Assembly: GCA_030390025.1 (NCBI GenBank)
Contig: CM059433.1
Span: 13,766,001-13,830,000, forward strand
DNA from: Squalus acanthias
Taxonomy: Eukaryota
Length of the DNA stretch: 64,000 nt
Reading direction: 5' to 3'
Shown here piece after piece: positions 39,013 to 51,275 of the stretch. The position numbers and the translations under genes are program-made. Below the pieces are notes generated by a model, which was not told the DNA's origin, did not search any database, and saw only the letters and a program-made list of their open reading frames with translations. The first letter of the stretch is position 1, and each line of letters opens with the position of its first letter.

Positions 39013-39170
39013 TGTAATGTATTGTCACATGGTTTGTCACATGGTTTAGTATGAGCATGCTCAGTTCGCTCTGGCCTAATAAACAAGCACATGAACGAGC
39101 AACTCATCGTGTCTCTGTCCTTCATTTGTTCTACCCACATATATTACACTTTGGCGATGAGAATGGGATC
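39013..39170 (+). mobile_element. Gypsy 5' LTR (39013-39148) and primer-binding site
   Basis: TGTAAT...ATTACA, 136 bp, with AATAAA; followed by TGGCGATGAGAATGGGAT, a near complement of the tRNA-Ser(GCU) 3' end. Confidence 0.85.
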
Positions 39171-39384
39171 CCAAAGCCATTATTGGGGATCATGGAAGGA
39201 CACAGTGTTCAACCTTCGAGTGGAAAAGTTTAAAGTGAATTTCTGCTATGTTTTACCGTTAATGCTCATGCAGAATCGTCTGTGCTTCGCCTTCGTGTGT
39301 ATGTATACAGAGCAACAGCAGCGTTGATTCTCACAGGTACACAGGTAGCGTGCTGAGTCACTGTTCGACGGGATCGGGACAATC

Positions 39385-40233
39385 ATGGCCCCGCCTACGG
39401 GATTCATCGGAAGCCTCGGTATGTATGACCGAGCTCGCGAACCATTTAGTTCTTACATTGAACGGATGGACATGTTTTTAAAGGCCAATAACATTATTGA
39501 GACCGAAGGTACAGATGAAAATGTTCAAGCTCAAAAGAAAATAATTTGTGAACGTAATAAAGCAATTTTTCTAACAGAGATCGGGCCAGATGTCTACGGA
39601 ACGCCGACAAACCTACTCGCGCCAGGGAAAGCAAAGGATGCATCGTTTGAAGACATTGTTGAGAAACTCGAGGACCATTTCAACCCAAGGCCATCAGAAA
39701 TAGCAGAGAGCTATAAGTTTAGTACCAGAAACCAAAAGCAATGTGAAACCATCAGTGAGTACATTGTAGCTCTTAAGAACCTGTCTTTGCATTTTAACTT
39801 CGGCACATTTTTGGATTGTGCGTTGTGAGATAAGTTTGTGTGTGGACTGGCGTAAGAGCGCACACAATCCAAGTTACTGAACACGCCGAACCTAATGTTT
39901 GACATAGCATGCAAAATTGCCCTATCTATGGAGCTGGCATCTAAGAATGCTAGGGAGCTCTGTCCAACTCAAGTGACTAGTGCATCTGAGGTCTACAGTC
40001 ACAAAGCCACCGCCAAACCTAAAGCTGTGAGACCAAGTCAAAAGCATATCGGTGAGAGCAGTTCAGTGAATTGTTATCACTGCAATGGAAATCACTCACC
40101 ACAGTCTTACCAATACAGAAATGTGAAGTGTTTTCACTGCCAGAAGCAAGGCCATATTTCAACAGCTTGCAGAGCTAGATCAAAAGCAGGAAGTAAGAAC
40201 CATTCTTGTGTCAATGCAAAGCAGCGACAGTAA
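39385..40233 (+). pseudogene. Gypsy (Mag-like) gag with two in-frame stops; pol and 3' LTR missing
   Basis: FSSYIERMDMFLKAN...LEDHFNPRPSEIAESYKF...L*DKFVCGL; knuckles CYHCNGNH and CFHCQKQGHISTAC. Confidence 0.9.
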
Positions 40234-40349
40234 AAGGGAGGGATTCACAACTCACGGCTCGCACACATTGGCAGCTATTCAACCATGACAGCCACGTCAA
40301 CCAAACATATTGCAGGACACGCAGTGACACACTTCCCTCTTTCTTGCAG

Positions 40350-41624
40350 GAGAAGGTGGCACACAACAGGAGGCAGCAAGAACTAACCAGAGGCGGAGAG
40401 GCGCGCCTGCATGTATTAAAACCCATGGAGGAGTCATTGCCGGCCATTATGGAAAGGGGCATTGCTGAGGCTGTAGCCACCGGCGGGGCTGAAGCCATTG
40501 ATGATGAGGGTATCCGCATACTTAATCCTCCTTCTCACATCCCACCTCTCCCTCAGCCCTCCATCACTTCTGACTGAGAGGCTGCAGATGGTGTAGGCAC
40601 ACACTTCTGACTTTCTCCTCTCCCCTCACCACAACCCAACCCTTGTCCCAGTGGAGGAGGAGGAGGCAGATGAAAGTTAAGATGAAGGGAACACTGCCAC
40701 TCGATCTTACAATCGCAGCCACCAGCTCAGATAGTGACACTATGGCTAATTTAGAGGCTAGGATAGAGGAGGGATCTGCACCTGGGGAGACACCGGGCAC
40801 AAGTGCGCAGGAGCCAGGGCTGGGGGAAAGGATAGCGCAGGTGGCAGCTGGCCAGAGGGTGAGTTTGCACACTAGTTCTGCTGCAGAGGACTCAGATGAG
40901 TACTTTGATGGGCCAGGCTACTGAAGAAGGCTGATGGGTGTACACACCCAAATGCTTGGTGCACTGAGAAGCCTGCGGAAAGCCTGTACTCAATGTCAAG
41001 GAGCATGGAGGAATCAAGGCACCAACTTGGCACAGGGCTTTGCGCAGAGCATGGAGCCCATCATTTCCAACATGGAACAGCTGGCCACCTCCATCAACAC
41101 ACCTGTGGAGCCAACCATGGGGCAGCGTCTGATGGCCGATGTCTCAACTTTCATTACAGCACAAGCAGCATCCACCCAACACCTGAGTGCTGCAGTGGAA
41201 GCTCAGACTGCTGCCATCATGGCTCTGGATATCAGTGTGCAAAGGGGCTTCCAGGATATCACAGCACTCCAACAAGCTATTCTCCAACAGATCACTAGGA
41301 TTGCTGAGGCGCCGCCCCGGGAGAGCGGCAGTGGCTCCATGGAGCACAAACCTGCTGCCCTCTCTCAGGATGACAGCATTCGTGCTTCCACCCCTGCCAG
41401 CCCAGACTGCTGCAGCCCAGGTCAGAATGGTGCAGTCTGAAGCTGGGCCTTCTAGGCCCAGAGCCGCTCGAGGTCGCCTCCAAGGCCATCTGACGTCTCC
41501 TCCACTGAGAGTCAGCAGCCTTCCACCAGCCATGCTGTAGCCACTGGGGAAGCACATAGTCGGAGCACTAGGACAGGCAAAGGCTCACGGAAGAGGCACA
41601 AAGGGAAGGCACAAGGGTGATTAG
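40350..41624 (+). pseudogene. Harbinger Myb/SANT-like accessory gene, 3' exons
   Basis: Acceptor ttcttgcAG|EKVAHNRRQQELTRGGEARLHVLKPMEE...|GT at 40510, then acidic and coiled-coil-like segments with frameshifts. Confidence 0.7.
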
Positions 41625-41795
41625 TTTATTTTTGGATGCATTATGGCATGATTTAATTTATAAATTTGGATTGGAATGTGTATTTTGTTTTGGCTTTTAT
41701 TTTTGCATTATGGGAAAGAGGGTGATTTGCTGGTGAATGACAGAGGAAAGGGAAGGAGTGTGGAACTGTGAGAGAATGGGCAATTTGGGTTGAGG

Positions 41796-42600
41796 TTACT
41801 GGTATCGCTCATGAATTATTTGCTCATGTAGTTTCCAGGCAGAATGGGGCTGCCTACGTTGCAGTCACCCTTCCTCTTCCTCCTCCTCCGCCTCCTCCAT
41901 CTCCTGCTCCTCCGCCTTCCCCTCCTCGTGCTCCTGCTCCTCACCTGATAGGTGTTGGTAAGGGCTGCTCCCTCATAATGGCCAGGTTGGACGGCATGCA
42001 GCATACCAACACAAATCTTGCGACCCGCTCAGCTGAGTACTTCAGGGCTCCTCCAGAGCGGTCCAGGCAGCGGAAGTTTTGCTTGAGGACACCGATGGCG
42101 TGTGATATAACATTCCTTGCGGCAGCATGGCTCTCATTGTATTTCCTGCTGTGCATGTGTGCATGGGTTCCGGACCGGAGTCATGAGCCATGGCATGAGT
42201 GGATAACCCTTGTCGCCCAGTAGCCACCCTTTGATTTGCCGTGGTGGTTCAAATACAGTTGCCAGACGCATAAAAGTTCAGAGCCACGGTCACCTTGACA
42301 GCCACAGGCAATGCGGTCCTTGCCCTGCTTTGAGGTTGAAGTTGTGGCTGCAGCAGTTGGCAAATATCAGTCACGACCTCTTTAGAGAGGCAAAGACGTC
42401 TCAAGTATTGGTTGTCGCTGAAGTTCAGGTAAGAGAATTGCTCCCTAAAGACCCTATGTGGATATGGCCTCCTGCTGAGAGCCCTTCTCCCCCGCTCCTC
42501 CTCCTCCCTCTTCTAGTAGCTTGTCCTGCTCTGCATGGCCTCTGCTCATTATCCCAGTCAATGCTCAATGCCATGAGGAAGGCCTACTGGGCCACCCCAT
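41796..42600 (-). pseudogene. Harbinger (HARBI1-like DDE) transposase, internally deleted
   Basis: RRPYPHRVFREQFSYL...[17 protein letters not shown] joined at about 42260 directly to [22 protein letters not shown]...[36 protein letters not shown]. Confidence 0.92.
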
Positions 42601-44929
42601 GTCTGGAAGCAACTAGTTTCTGCACAAGCCTTTACGTCACCAAAAAGGTACTTCAGCACCAGCCAGACCACTCCCTGTAGACTACTGAAAGTTTAGACAA
42701 GTATGGAACAACTCACAAAACATGTAGAATTGCCCCAACAGCCAGAAGAAATAATCCAGCAACTAACCTGCAAGTAGTTGATGATCCCTTTAAACAGCGC
42801 TAGTGGGGGGGTCCTTCCTGCTGTTTAATGTTGTGTTCAGCTGCGCGAGGTTAAGAGAGGGCATAGGCTGCAGCGTGGAGCTCCAAAATGGCTGTGCTGG
42901 CATCAAATAGCGTTGCACACTGATTGACGCCATCACCTGCCTGCTCTGCAGGTACACGCGCAATAGCCCCTTTACAAAGATGGCGTCTGGCGCACTTTCC
43001 GTCGGAAGTGTGCACGTGCATCGCAGACGGCACTTTCGCAGTTCAAGAGGCCTCCAAGCCCCCCAATAAATGGGTGCTACAAAGCCCCGTGTCACCCACT
43101 AGTGTCTTGGTTAACCTACCAGCTTTGAAAATAAACCAATTCACCTTGATTAAATATAATTCAAGAGATTGGCCCAACAGACTTATAAGCAGCATACATT
43201 TATAATTGAAACTATAACCACCTGCATCATGTTGCTTATTGCAAATCCTTAACCAGGTTATAGCTGATCAAAATTGTAAACCAGAGAATGTCATTAATAA
43301 GAGAAACTGTTTCTGTGACGTTATTCAAGTACCTCACTACTGCACTATAAGACAGCTAACTGATGTGAAGAGTATGAACAGTCCAGCAGCATGAATTATT
43401 CTGCTTGTGTTCTGATTTTCTTTTTGTTGTTGAAGTGACTGTTCTATCCCCATGGAGGCCATTATTTGGTGCTGTTTTGTAATCAGCCACTGGGGCTGCA
43501 TCGCATTATCCTGAGTTGACGCCTGATTTTTTTGCTTTTCTTTCGACCAGCCACCACTGCTTGCCAGCGATCAGTAACTGACACTGGGGATGGGGAAAAG
43601 AGACTGGTCTAGCAAGCACTGATCTGCCCCTTTATCAGTTTGTGCCACAACAAGTCAGCACATTCATTCGAGCATTGATATTGGGTTCTCTCTAAACAAG
43701 GGTGCCTTTAACCCACGAGATTGAGCACAAAATCATTGTCTGAATGAATTTTCTGCATATTGATCGCGCATTCAGTCTGATGACTTTAAAACGGAACAAA
43801 TTTATTGCTCCGGTACTTTACCTATTTGGTTGGTCAACTGTGCTATTTTGTCATGGGATAGCTATGATTAGAATAGGGATACAATTGCTTGCTCAGAACA
43901 GTAGACCCTCAATCATCTCGGGACTGCAAGTGTATTCAGAATTCTAAAAATGGCTGTAACTCTACATGCCAGTATGCACAATACTGAAATGTAGAAAGGC
44001 AGTTAAAATGTTATCCCCGTGAAACATATTTCCAAATACAGTAAATATCCACATTTCTCAAAGAAACAAATGCAGTACACTGCAGCAAGCACTGAAATTA
44101 AGTCACTACCTATGCATTGCTGTAAAAGCTTATGGGGAACTAAAACGTTGGTCCCTGTGACACAAAATGGTGTCCATTACAAAATGGCTGAAATACTGAG
44201 CTTTCACGGCATGTCGTTCTTCATGCCACTTCTTTCTGTTAAGAGCTTTACTAAATTAATAATCCAACATTTTGGGATCAATTCATGAAAATATGATTTG
44301 ATTCAGCAGGACATTTGAAACGCTGAGCCCTTTTAAAACACATTTTCCATCACATAATAGAACAATCAAGTTTTATGATTAATTTACATATATTTTTTAA
44401 CTTAAAAGCAGTGTGAACTACTATTGTAGTAACAGGCTTCAAATCTGAGTATTATCCTATGTGAGACACATTCACATCAGGTCAAACAATGTTCACATCT
44501 AAAGATGCGAATGTTAGTATAAAAGGTAAATCTGCCATATTTTACCCTTTGCCATTCTGACTAAGGATAGGGTGAATAGGAAACAGGTGCCGAAGCCACA
44601 AGGCCTATAACAAGATTTTTTTTAAACTGAAAATCTGCTTGACTGTCATATACTTGACAATCATAATTTCTTGACTGGAGAGAAAGGTATGCGATCAATA
44701 ACGTTAACCTATTCTAAATGGAAGGTAATGACCGGAGAGACAATTAAGTCCAAGTTAGGCAGGAGTCAACTACTGGGAATCAGCAGGAAGGGGTCTTGCT
44801 CAGCAGTAGGTTTCACCAGACAGCAGCAGGTCTACTTGTCCTAGTCTCTAGAATCTTGCTTAGGATAAAGATGTTCCCCAGGTCAAGTGAACCTCTTTCC
44901 TAGTAGGAGCCATAAGGGAGAAGAGGATG

Positions 44930-46850
44930 TCACTAAGCCAAGGATCAGACAGTAAAGTGCTACAAGTGCAGTGGGAAGATGGTTGGGAACAGTGATTCAC
45001 CATTGCACTTAAGAGAAAAAGTGTTTACAAATGTATAGTAAAGCTCAGTTTTCTTATACAATACGGTGGTGAATGACTATTACATAAATAGGTTTTAAAC
45101 TTGGAATGCCCCATCCTTTGCTAACCTGACAGCCACTTCAATACAATCAAGGCCCTCCCATGGCACAGATCTCTTGTAGAGACAGTGAAAGGTTTGGAGG
45201 CCACCAAGATAATTAGGAGATCCACAGCCAGCCTGACAACTCTGCTGACTGATTCGCTCCCGCTGGCGTGTAACCTCGAAGCTGACAATGGATCTCTGAA
45301 GAGCCAGAGACATCTACTGGCAAAGGAATTGAGAAGAGGAAAAATAATCTAGTTGAGAGCAGGAGACGGCGATTTTCCCCAATCAGCAACTCACTAAGAC
45401 TTTTGCTATTGTAACTATTGGCTAACAATGAGGATTGCAATAATCTCCTGCAAAAGTCCTGGTTAACAGACAATTTCCTAAGGTTTGAAACGTGATCGTC
45501 TACTGATGATGTTTCAGCTAATAGATGTCTGGCAAGGAGGATACACTCCAATCAGAAATGCCCTGCAAGTGGCATTATGGAACTCAACCAATATACCGTG
45601 ATCAACTGTAGCTGAAGAAACAGGTAAGGGAAGCCACAGCATTGTGAAGACATCTTGATGGCAAGTTCAAGAGCAACAGTAAATGACAAGCATCAGGACT
45701 TTAAGGATGACAGAAGGCACAAAATCCAAGGCTGAAATTTCCCTTGCAGAAACGTCAGATTGAGTGGTATAAGGCATGTAGGGAGGTCTACATCCCAAAA
45801 AGCTTTTGCAACTAGTCTATTGACCACAGAGTGTGAGCAAGTGAGAAATTCAGTCAGTAGCCTTACCATCACTTCTGAATCTTGACATCATGAACAGACA
45901 GGATTGATGTCTTTCTTGCTGAGATAAGTAATGTCCAACAATAGCACCTGAAGTACCAACTCCTTGGCATGTTGGGTAGGAGGAAAGGAAGTGTCTTGAT
46001 GCGCATTAGAAAATATGAATAGTTGAAACAAGGCTTTTCCTCTTCAATTTCCATGTCTTGTAATAGTTATAGAGGAGAGCACCCTAACACTCCTTGGAGC
46101 CATCTCTCATGAAGAACGAGGGAGAGTCTGAAGACATTTTTGAGGTGCAATCAAGTTCACAGCTAGTATGATAGACACATAACATAAGGGTGATGGATCT
46201 TCAAAGCCGTGATAACTGTTTGGAACTGTACCTTCTGCAGGGTAGAAGATCATTTTGTAGGTTCCTGCAGTAAAGAGGAATCAAACAGGAAGCAGGATGC
46301 ACAGTTACTACATGCCAGAGAATTGCCACGTCAGATTGGTGTGGCACGAGAGTTTAGCCCTTGTGCTCACTTTTTCAGCTTTTGATTTTTCCTTTGAAGG
46401 AGGATTCCAGTCACATCTGTGGAGCAAAGATGAAACAATCCATGAGGCACTGAGACTCAGGTCAGGTAGGCAGATTTATCTTGAACTTTAAGAAGGACAG
46501 AAATTGCCTAAGATGGACAAAGAAGCATATTGCCTTCAGAGAGTCTGCTGCCACCATAGCACCATCTCTTTATATCAAGTAGAGGCTCTGTTGAATGAAG
46601 AGAGCCACTTGTATTAGCACGGAACAAGGAAGATGGAGTAGATCATGGGAGTTGTTGACAACCCAAGCTTTACCATTAACTGACTGAGAAGACTACTTTC
46701 ACCTGAAGTAAAACCACTTCTTGAATTCCTTTAACCTGGGGAAACTGAGGAATGAATTGTTCAGGTCTACCTTGAGAGATATTTCCAATACGATTACCTC
46801 TAGGTTAAAAGTTGGAATGTCCCGGTCATTGAGCGATTTCATTCTAGGAT
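44930..46850 (+). mobile_element. Highly decayed HERO/NeSL-like (RLE) non-LTR retrotransposon
   Basis: Collinear peptide relics across frameshifts: VKCYKCSGK, SERFG, EWYKACREVYIPK, SLLNL, LMSFLL, YCLQ, YQVEAL, ISTEQGRW..LTTQAL..FNLGKLR..TLRD. Alignment done by eye. Confidence 0.5.
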
Positions 46851-46956
46851 TTCAATTTAAAGTTTGAATTAATCCACGAAGGAGTTATAGACTGAGAAAT
46901 AGACTGGTATTCGCAAATATCTGAAAGTTGAACAGACTATTCATTAGTTGACTGTA

Positions 46957-47211
46957 AACAACAACAACAACAACTTGTATTTATATAGCACCTTTAGCAT
47001 AGTAAAACGTCCCAAGGCGCTGCACAGGAGTATTTTAAGACAAAATATTTGACACCGAGCCACATAAGGAGAAATTAGGGCAGGTGACCAAAAGCTTGGT
47101 CAAAGAGGTAGGTTTTAAGGAGTGTCTTAAAGAAAGGTAGCGAGGTGGAGAGGTTTAGGCAGGGAATATCAGAACTTCGGGCCCAGTCAACAGAAGGCAC
47201 AGCCACCAATG
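46957..47211 (-). mobile_element. L2 LINE 3' end
   Basis: (aac)n then the reverse complement of the 3' part of 9223-10083. Confidence 0.88.
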
Positions 47212-47346
47212 TTAGCCAAGAGAACACTTTAAACTGACAGAACAGCAGTGATCATATTTTTACAATGTACATAATGGTGGAATTACCTTTTATACACTCA
47301 AATTGGCAATGTGTTGTAACATATGTGTGCATCATCCATGATAATA

Positions 47347-47553
47347 CATAAGAAATAGGAGCAGGAGTCGGCCATTTGGCCCTTCGAGCCTGCTCTGCCA
47401 TTCAATAAGATCATGGCTGATCTTCTACCTCATCTCCAGTTTCCTGCACTATCCCCATATCCCTTGATTCACTTAATATTCAAAAATCTATCAATCTCTG
47501 TCTTGAATATACTCAACGACCGAGCCTCCACAGCCCTCTGGGGTAAAGAGATT
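47347..47553 (-). mobile_element. HER1/CR1 3' tail
   Basis: cataagaaataggagcaggagt...ccacagccctctggggt. Confidence 0.88.
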
Positions 47554-47805
47554 ATTTAAATACAAGTTTAAAACCTAGTAATAGAACGGTCATTTGCATT
47601 GTAAGAATCAGGATATTCTGTGCTTGTACCATTACAAAGCAGAATCAAACAAATAACATGACAGCACATTTCCTTAACGACAATATTATTTGAATATTAA
47701 AACATTTTTTCAACCAAGCCATCTAAATCCTCAGGGTATTAAACTGTAGTTATTTAAACAATTAAAATCAAAAATCTGTACTAAGATGCTGCTTGCAGAT
47801 CAATG

Positions 47806-49191
47806 TCCCTGATTTTAACTCTGGATGGTAGGGTAGCGCGATGAGATGAAAACTCCCCCGCTGTTCCGCTCATGAGGCCTGGCCGATTTTAACTCCTGGA
47901 CTTCATTCAAGTTCCGCCAGTTCTGTGTGGGAAGCTGATGAGAAGCAGCGCAAAATTGTGAGGCTCAAAAGCCTTCCGCCACACCAAGTAGGTGGCAGGA
48001 TCGGCTTGGGGGGCAGTCTCGCAGGGCCATCGTGTTCGGGGAGGTGGCGGGGGTGTCCATGGTAGGGGAGGCCTAAGCTTTCCTTGTGGGGCCCGGAGGA
48101 GCACTAGCCCCATAAGGTAAGTAGAAAGAATTTACCTGTTTGGGCCTCTGCTGGCCTCTGTTGGCTTCCCCACTCAGGCCACCAGTTAAAATTGTAGGGC
48201 ACGATCTTGCCAGCCCTGGGGAGGCGGGTATGGAGGTGGGACTGCCGGGAAAATGGCAGAATCTGGGGGCAGGTGCCCATCCCGCCCCCAGCCCGCCTCT
48301 GTGCCATCTTCCCAGGGGGCGGGTAGCCGACCCGCGCCGGGTCCCGTCTCCTTGGAGGCGAGAAGGGGATTACAGCCACTTAACTGCCTGTTAACAGGCA
48401 GATAAGAGGATTATCCCCATTTTACCCACACAAGTGCAGGCTTCCCGAAGGCTCCGAACCCTGCCAGGGTCACCGAGGCGAGCAGTGGGTCTGCAGGGGT
48501 CGGAGGGGTGCAAAAGTGCGCTGTGAAGGTGAGTGATGGGTGCAAGTGTGAAGAGGTGAGTATGTGAGGTAAGTGGAAAGAGTTAGAAAAAGTTCACTTA
48601 CCTTTGTTTCTTCCTGCAGGCTTCAACAGTTGGGGATGCGGAAACTCTCGCAACTCACCGGCAGAGATGACGGATGGCTGCTGCATTCTCCAATGCAACA
48701 ACCATCTAATTTCTGCCAAAAAAAGAGGTTTGATGAGTCTTGAATTCAAGAACTCATCAAACAACAGAGAGTGTCAGTGTTTCACAGCTTCACAGAGCTG
48801 TCAAACGATGACAATTCATCTGTCAAACATTTTTGACAGATGAAACGTCATACGCTGACGTTCTCTGCAACCGGCTTCCCCTTAATTGGCCTGCTAAGCC
48901 CGCTGTGCGGGATTAACAAGGTCAATCAAGGGAAAATAGCGTGGGTTGGCCAGAAGTCAATGGAGACGGGACTAAGACCCGACAAGTGGGAGTCCCGCCT
49001 CCAAAAGCTTCCCATTGGCAAAATCCAGCCCGTAGTCAGGTCCCAGTGATGCCATCGGTTTTTGGCAGGTGTCCTTTGCCATGGACAGAATGATGAGTTC
49101 CTGGCGGCTTTCTCATGGGTATGTAAACTGGACAATTTCAACTGCCCACCCGCCTGGTTTCCGACAGGTGGGTAGGGTTAAAATTGCCCCC
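47806..49191. mobile_element. Harbinger-like MITE containing a second MITE at 48197-49031
   Basis: Inner element GGGCACGATCTTGCC / GGCAAAATCCAGCCC with TSD GTA; outer ends gattttaac / gttaaaattgcccc. Confidence 0.7.
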
Positions 49192-49377
49192 AATGCCTCC
49201 ACTTTCAAGACTTTAGATTTGATCTGAGTGCATTTGAGCATGTCTAGACTTTAAGGTAATTTCAGGGACAAAGACACCCATGTTATTATTTCAAAATAGT
49301 ATCCGCAACTACTGGTTGTTATTTTAGCAAATGCATTTTCCACCAAGTACCGAACCAAATTCATCACACATGTTCGT

Positions 49378-49547
49378 CAATGTTCCCTGTAATTTTTTGA
49401 GGGGCCGAGCGGCCCCTTTAACGGGCTGTGTGGCCCATTGAAAATACTGCGCATGCACGGGTTTTCTGCTTAAAAGCTGGCAAGACGGCTGCGGGGATCT
49501 TCAGAGAGCTGTGCGGCGCGCGGCCAAGCAGCTTAAAGGGAACATTG
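49378..49547. mobile_element. hAT-type MITE
   Basis: TIR CAATGTTCCC/GGGAACATTG; 8-bp flanks ATGTTCGT/GTGTTAGT (6/8). Confidence 0.7.
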
Positions 49548-49578
49548 GTGTTAGTGCCTGTCCGTGACTAGGATTGAA

Positions 49579-50114
49579 GGGGGAAAAATTGAGTCACGCC
49601 CCCTTTGGGGCGCTAACTTCACCTTCTTAAAGGGGAGGGGCCTTGCGCAGTGCGACCCGGGGCCCAGCTGGGCCACCGGGGATCGGAATGCCGGCAAAAG
49701 AGCAAGCCGGCACTCCATGGGGTTGGGGGGGGGGGGGGCTGAAGAGGAGGCCGGGGACGGCAACGGGGGCAGGTGCTGGCAGGCGGCCATCAACAAAAAT
49801 GGCTGCCCGGCACCTCGCCTTTAATTTGCGCCGCCCCGGCCGCAGGTAGGCCCCCCTGACCCCGTCGGACATAGCGTCCGGCGGTGCTACCAAAGATCGC
49901 GGCCGGGGCGCGAGAGGGGCTCTGCGCACGGCGATGAAGTCATCGCCGGCGGCGCAGCGCTGTGGGGCACTAACGGTTACCGCTGCCGCTAACCTCCCGC
50001 TGAATTTCGCAGGAGGCGTCGGCGGCGCCGCGCCCAGGGCGCTAGTTGCTTTGCGCCCCGTTAGCGCCCTCTAAGGGCACTAACGGGAGGCGCAAAGCAA
50101 CTGAATTTTTCACC
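49579..50114. mobile_element. GGGGGA-family MITE, internally deleted
   Basis: Direct homologue of 51276-52007. Confidence 0.8.
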
Positions 50115-50373
50115 TACCACACAGCTAAAAACAATCCAGCATTTTGTTAGTGGATCATAACACAAGGGAAGAAATTACTTTAAAAATTGCCAGTATTTTT
50201 GGCACTGCCCATGGATTGCTTCAGATTTTCTCGACTGTTGCTAATCAGCAGATTAATACATTAAAATTACTTTGTCCCTAAGGCGTGCTGTGCCTGATAA
50301 ATTCATGTCAGAATTCCAAACTTCAGTGCACTCACTGGTGCTAGATGTCCGTTAAGTAAATATACACGTGAAA

Positions 50374-50521
50374 CAATGTTCCCCCTAAGGTGCGCGGCAA
50401 TCGCGAGGTCCCGCGTAGACCGCTCACCAGCTGTTTCGCTGGAAGGGACACGGAGCATGCGTGTCCGCGCAGCGAATGTAAAGAGCCCGCGCAGGGGAGA
50501 AAAAAATTACAGGGAACATTG
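50374..50521. mobile_element. hAT-type MITE
   Basis: TIR CAATGTTCCC/GGGAACATTG; 8-bp TSD ACGTGAAA/ACGTGAAG; opposite orientation to the copy at 49378. Confidence 0.8.
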
Positions 50522-51275
50522 ACGTGAAGTACATTTACCTGTATTGTGTGTAAGGTGTTTTCCACTAAAATTAGTGCATGTGGCTAAAGCAGGCTTGCCA
50601 TAGCCGCAGCTGTGGCTAGTCAGCGATTCCTACTGGACACCACTGATTTCGGATGCTTATCAAAATATGGCTGAATCAGGAGACTTTAGTTCATTCTACA
50701 GTCAAATCTTGTGTATTGGATACAACATTGACATACATACAAAAGAACTCTTTAAAGGTACAGATACCCAAAGCCAAAAATCTAAAGCCTTGTAAAATAA
50801 ATATGAGGATACATTTCACTCATTTATTACATGCGGCTTTGCTCAACAGGGAGGCATAACAGACAATCTAGCACAGATCGCAATTTTCATCCAATTGTGG
50901 CCTTCCCGATTTTCCAGTAATTCATTTTAATGCCTGGAAAATGGAGGTTGCCACAAATTGAGTCTGCTGCTCTCTGCATCCGATACACCCTCCCATTAAG
51001 CATGTCTCCCCGCAGAGAACAGTAATTCATATCATTTATCCCACAGTACAGGAATGTTCTCTGGTTAACATTGTACTTCCATCATAATATCATAATGTTT
51101 GGTCTTTATCAGAATTCACTAGACAATGATTACTGGAACGTGAATGATAATGTCCAGATACAAGTCGGTTTGAGAGGACTGCTAAATATTAAATCTAAAT
51201 ACTAAACCTAATTTTAAATGGTTTAGTGTCTCTGTTAAAATACTGGACAAGGGAATTTTCATATGAGCACATTAA

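Larger units (their letters stand above)
38815..43097. mobile_element. Decayed autonomous-type PIF/Harbinger transposon (convergent Myb-like and transposase genes) with a Gypsy fragment inside
   Basis: Two convergent pseudogenes (listed separately); G-rich and C-rich degenerate termini; ends approximate. Confidence 0.75.

Noticed and set aside
41796..42600. Domesticated HARBI1 gene
   Set aside because: Internal deletion and frameshifts, and it is paired with a Myb-like gene as in transposons.
44930..46850. Endogenous RNA-virus polymerase on the minus strand
   Set aside because: Minus-strand translations gave no ordered viral motifs; plus-strand relics fit a non-LTR retrotransposon better.
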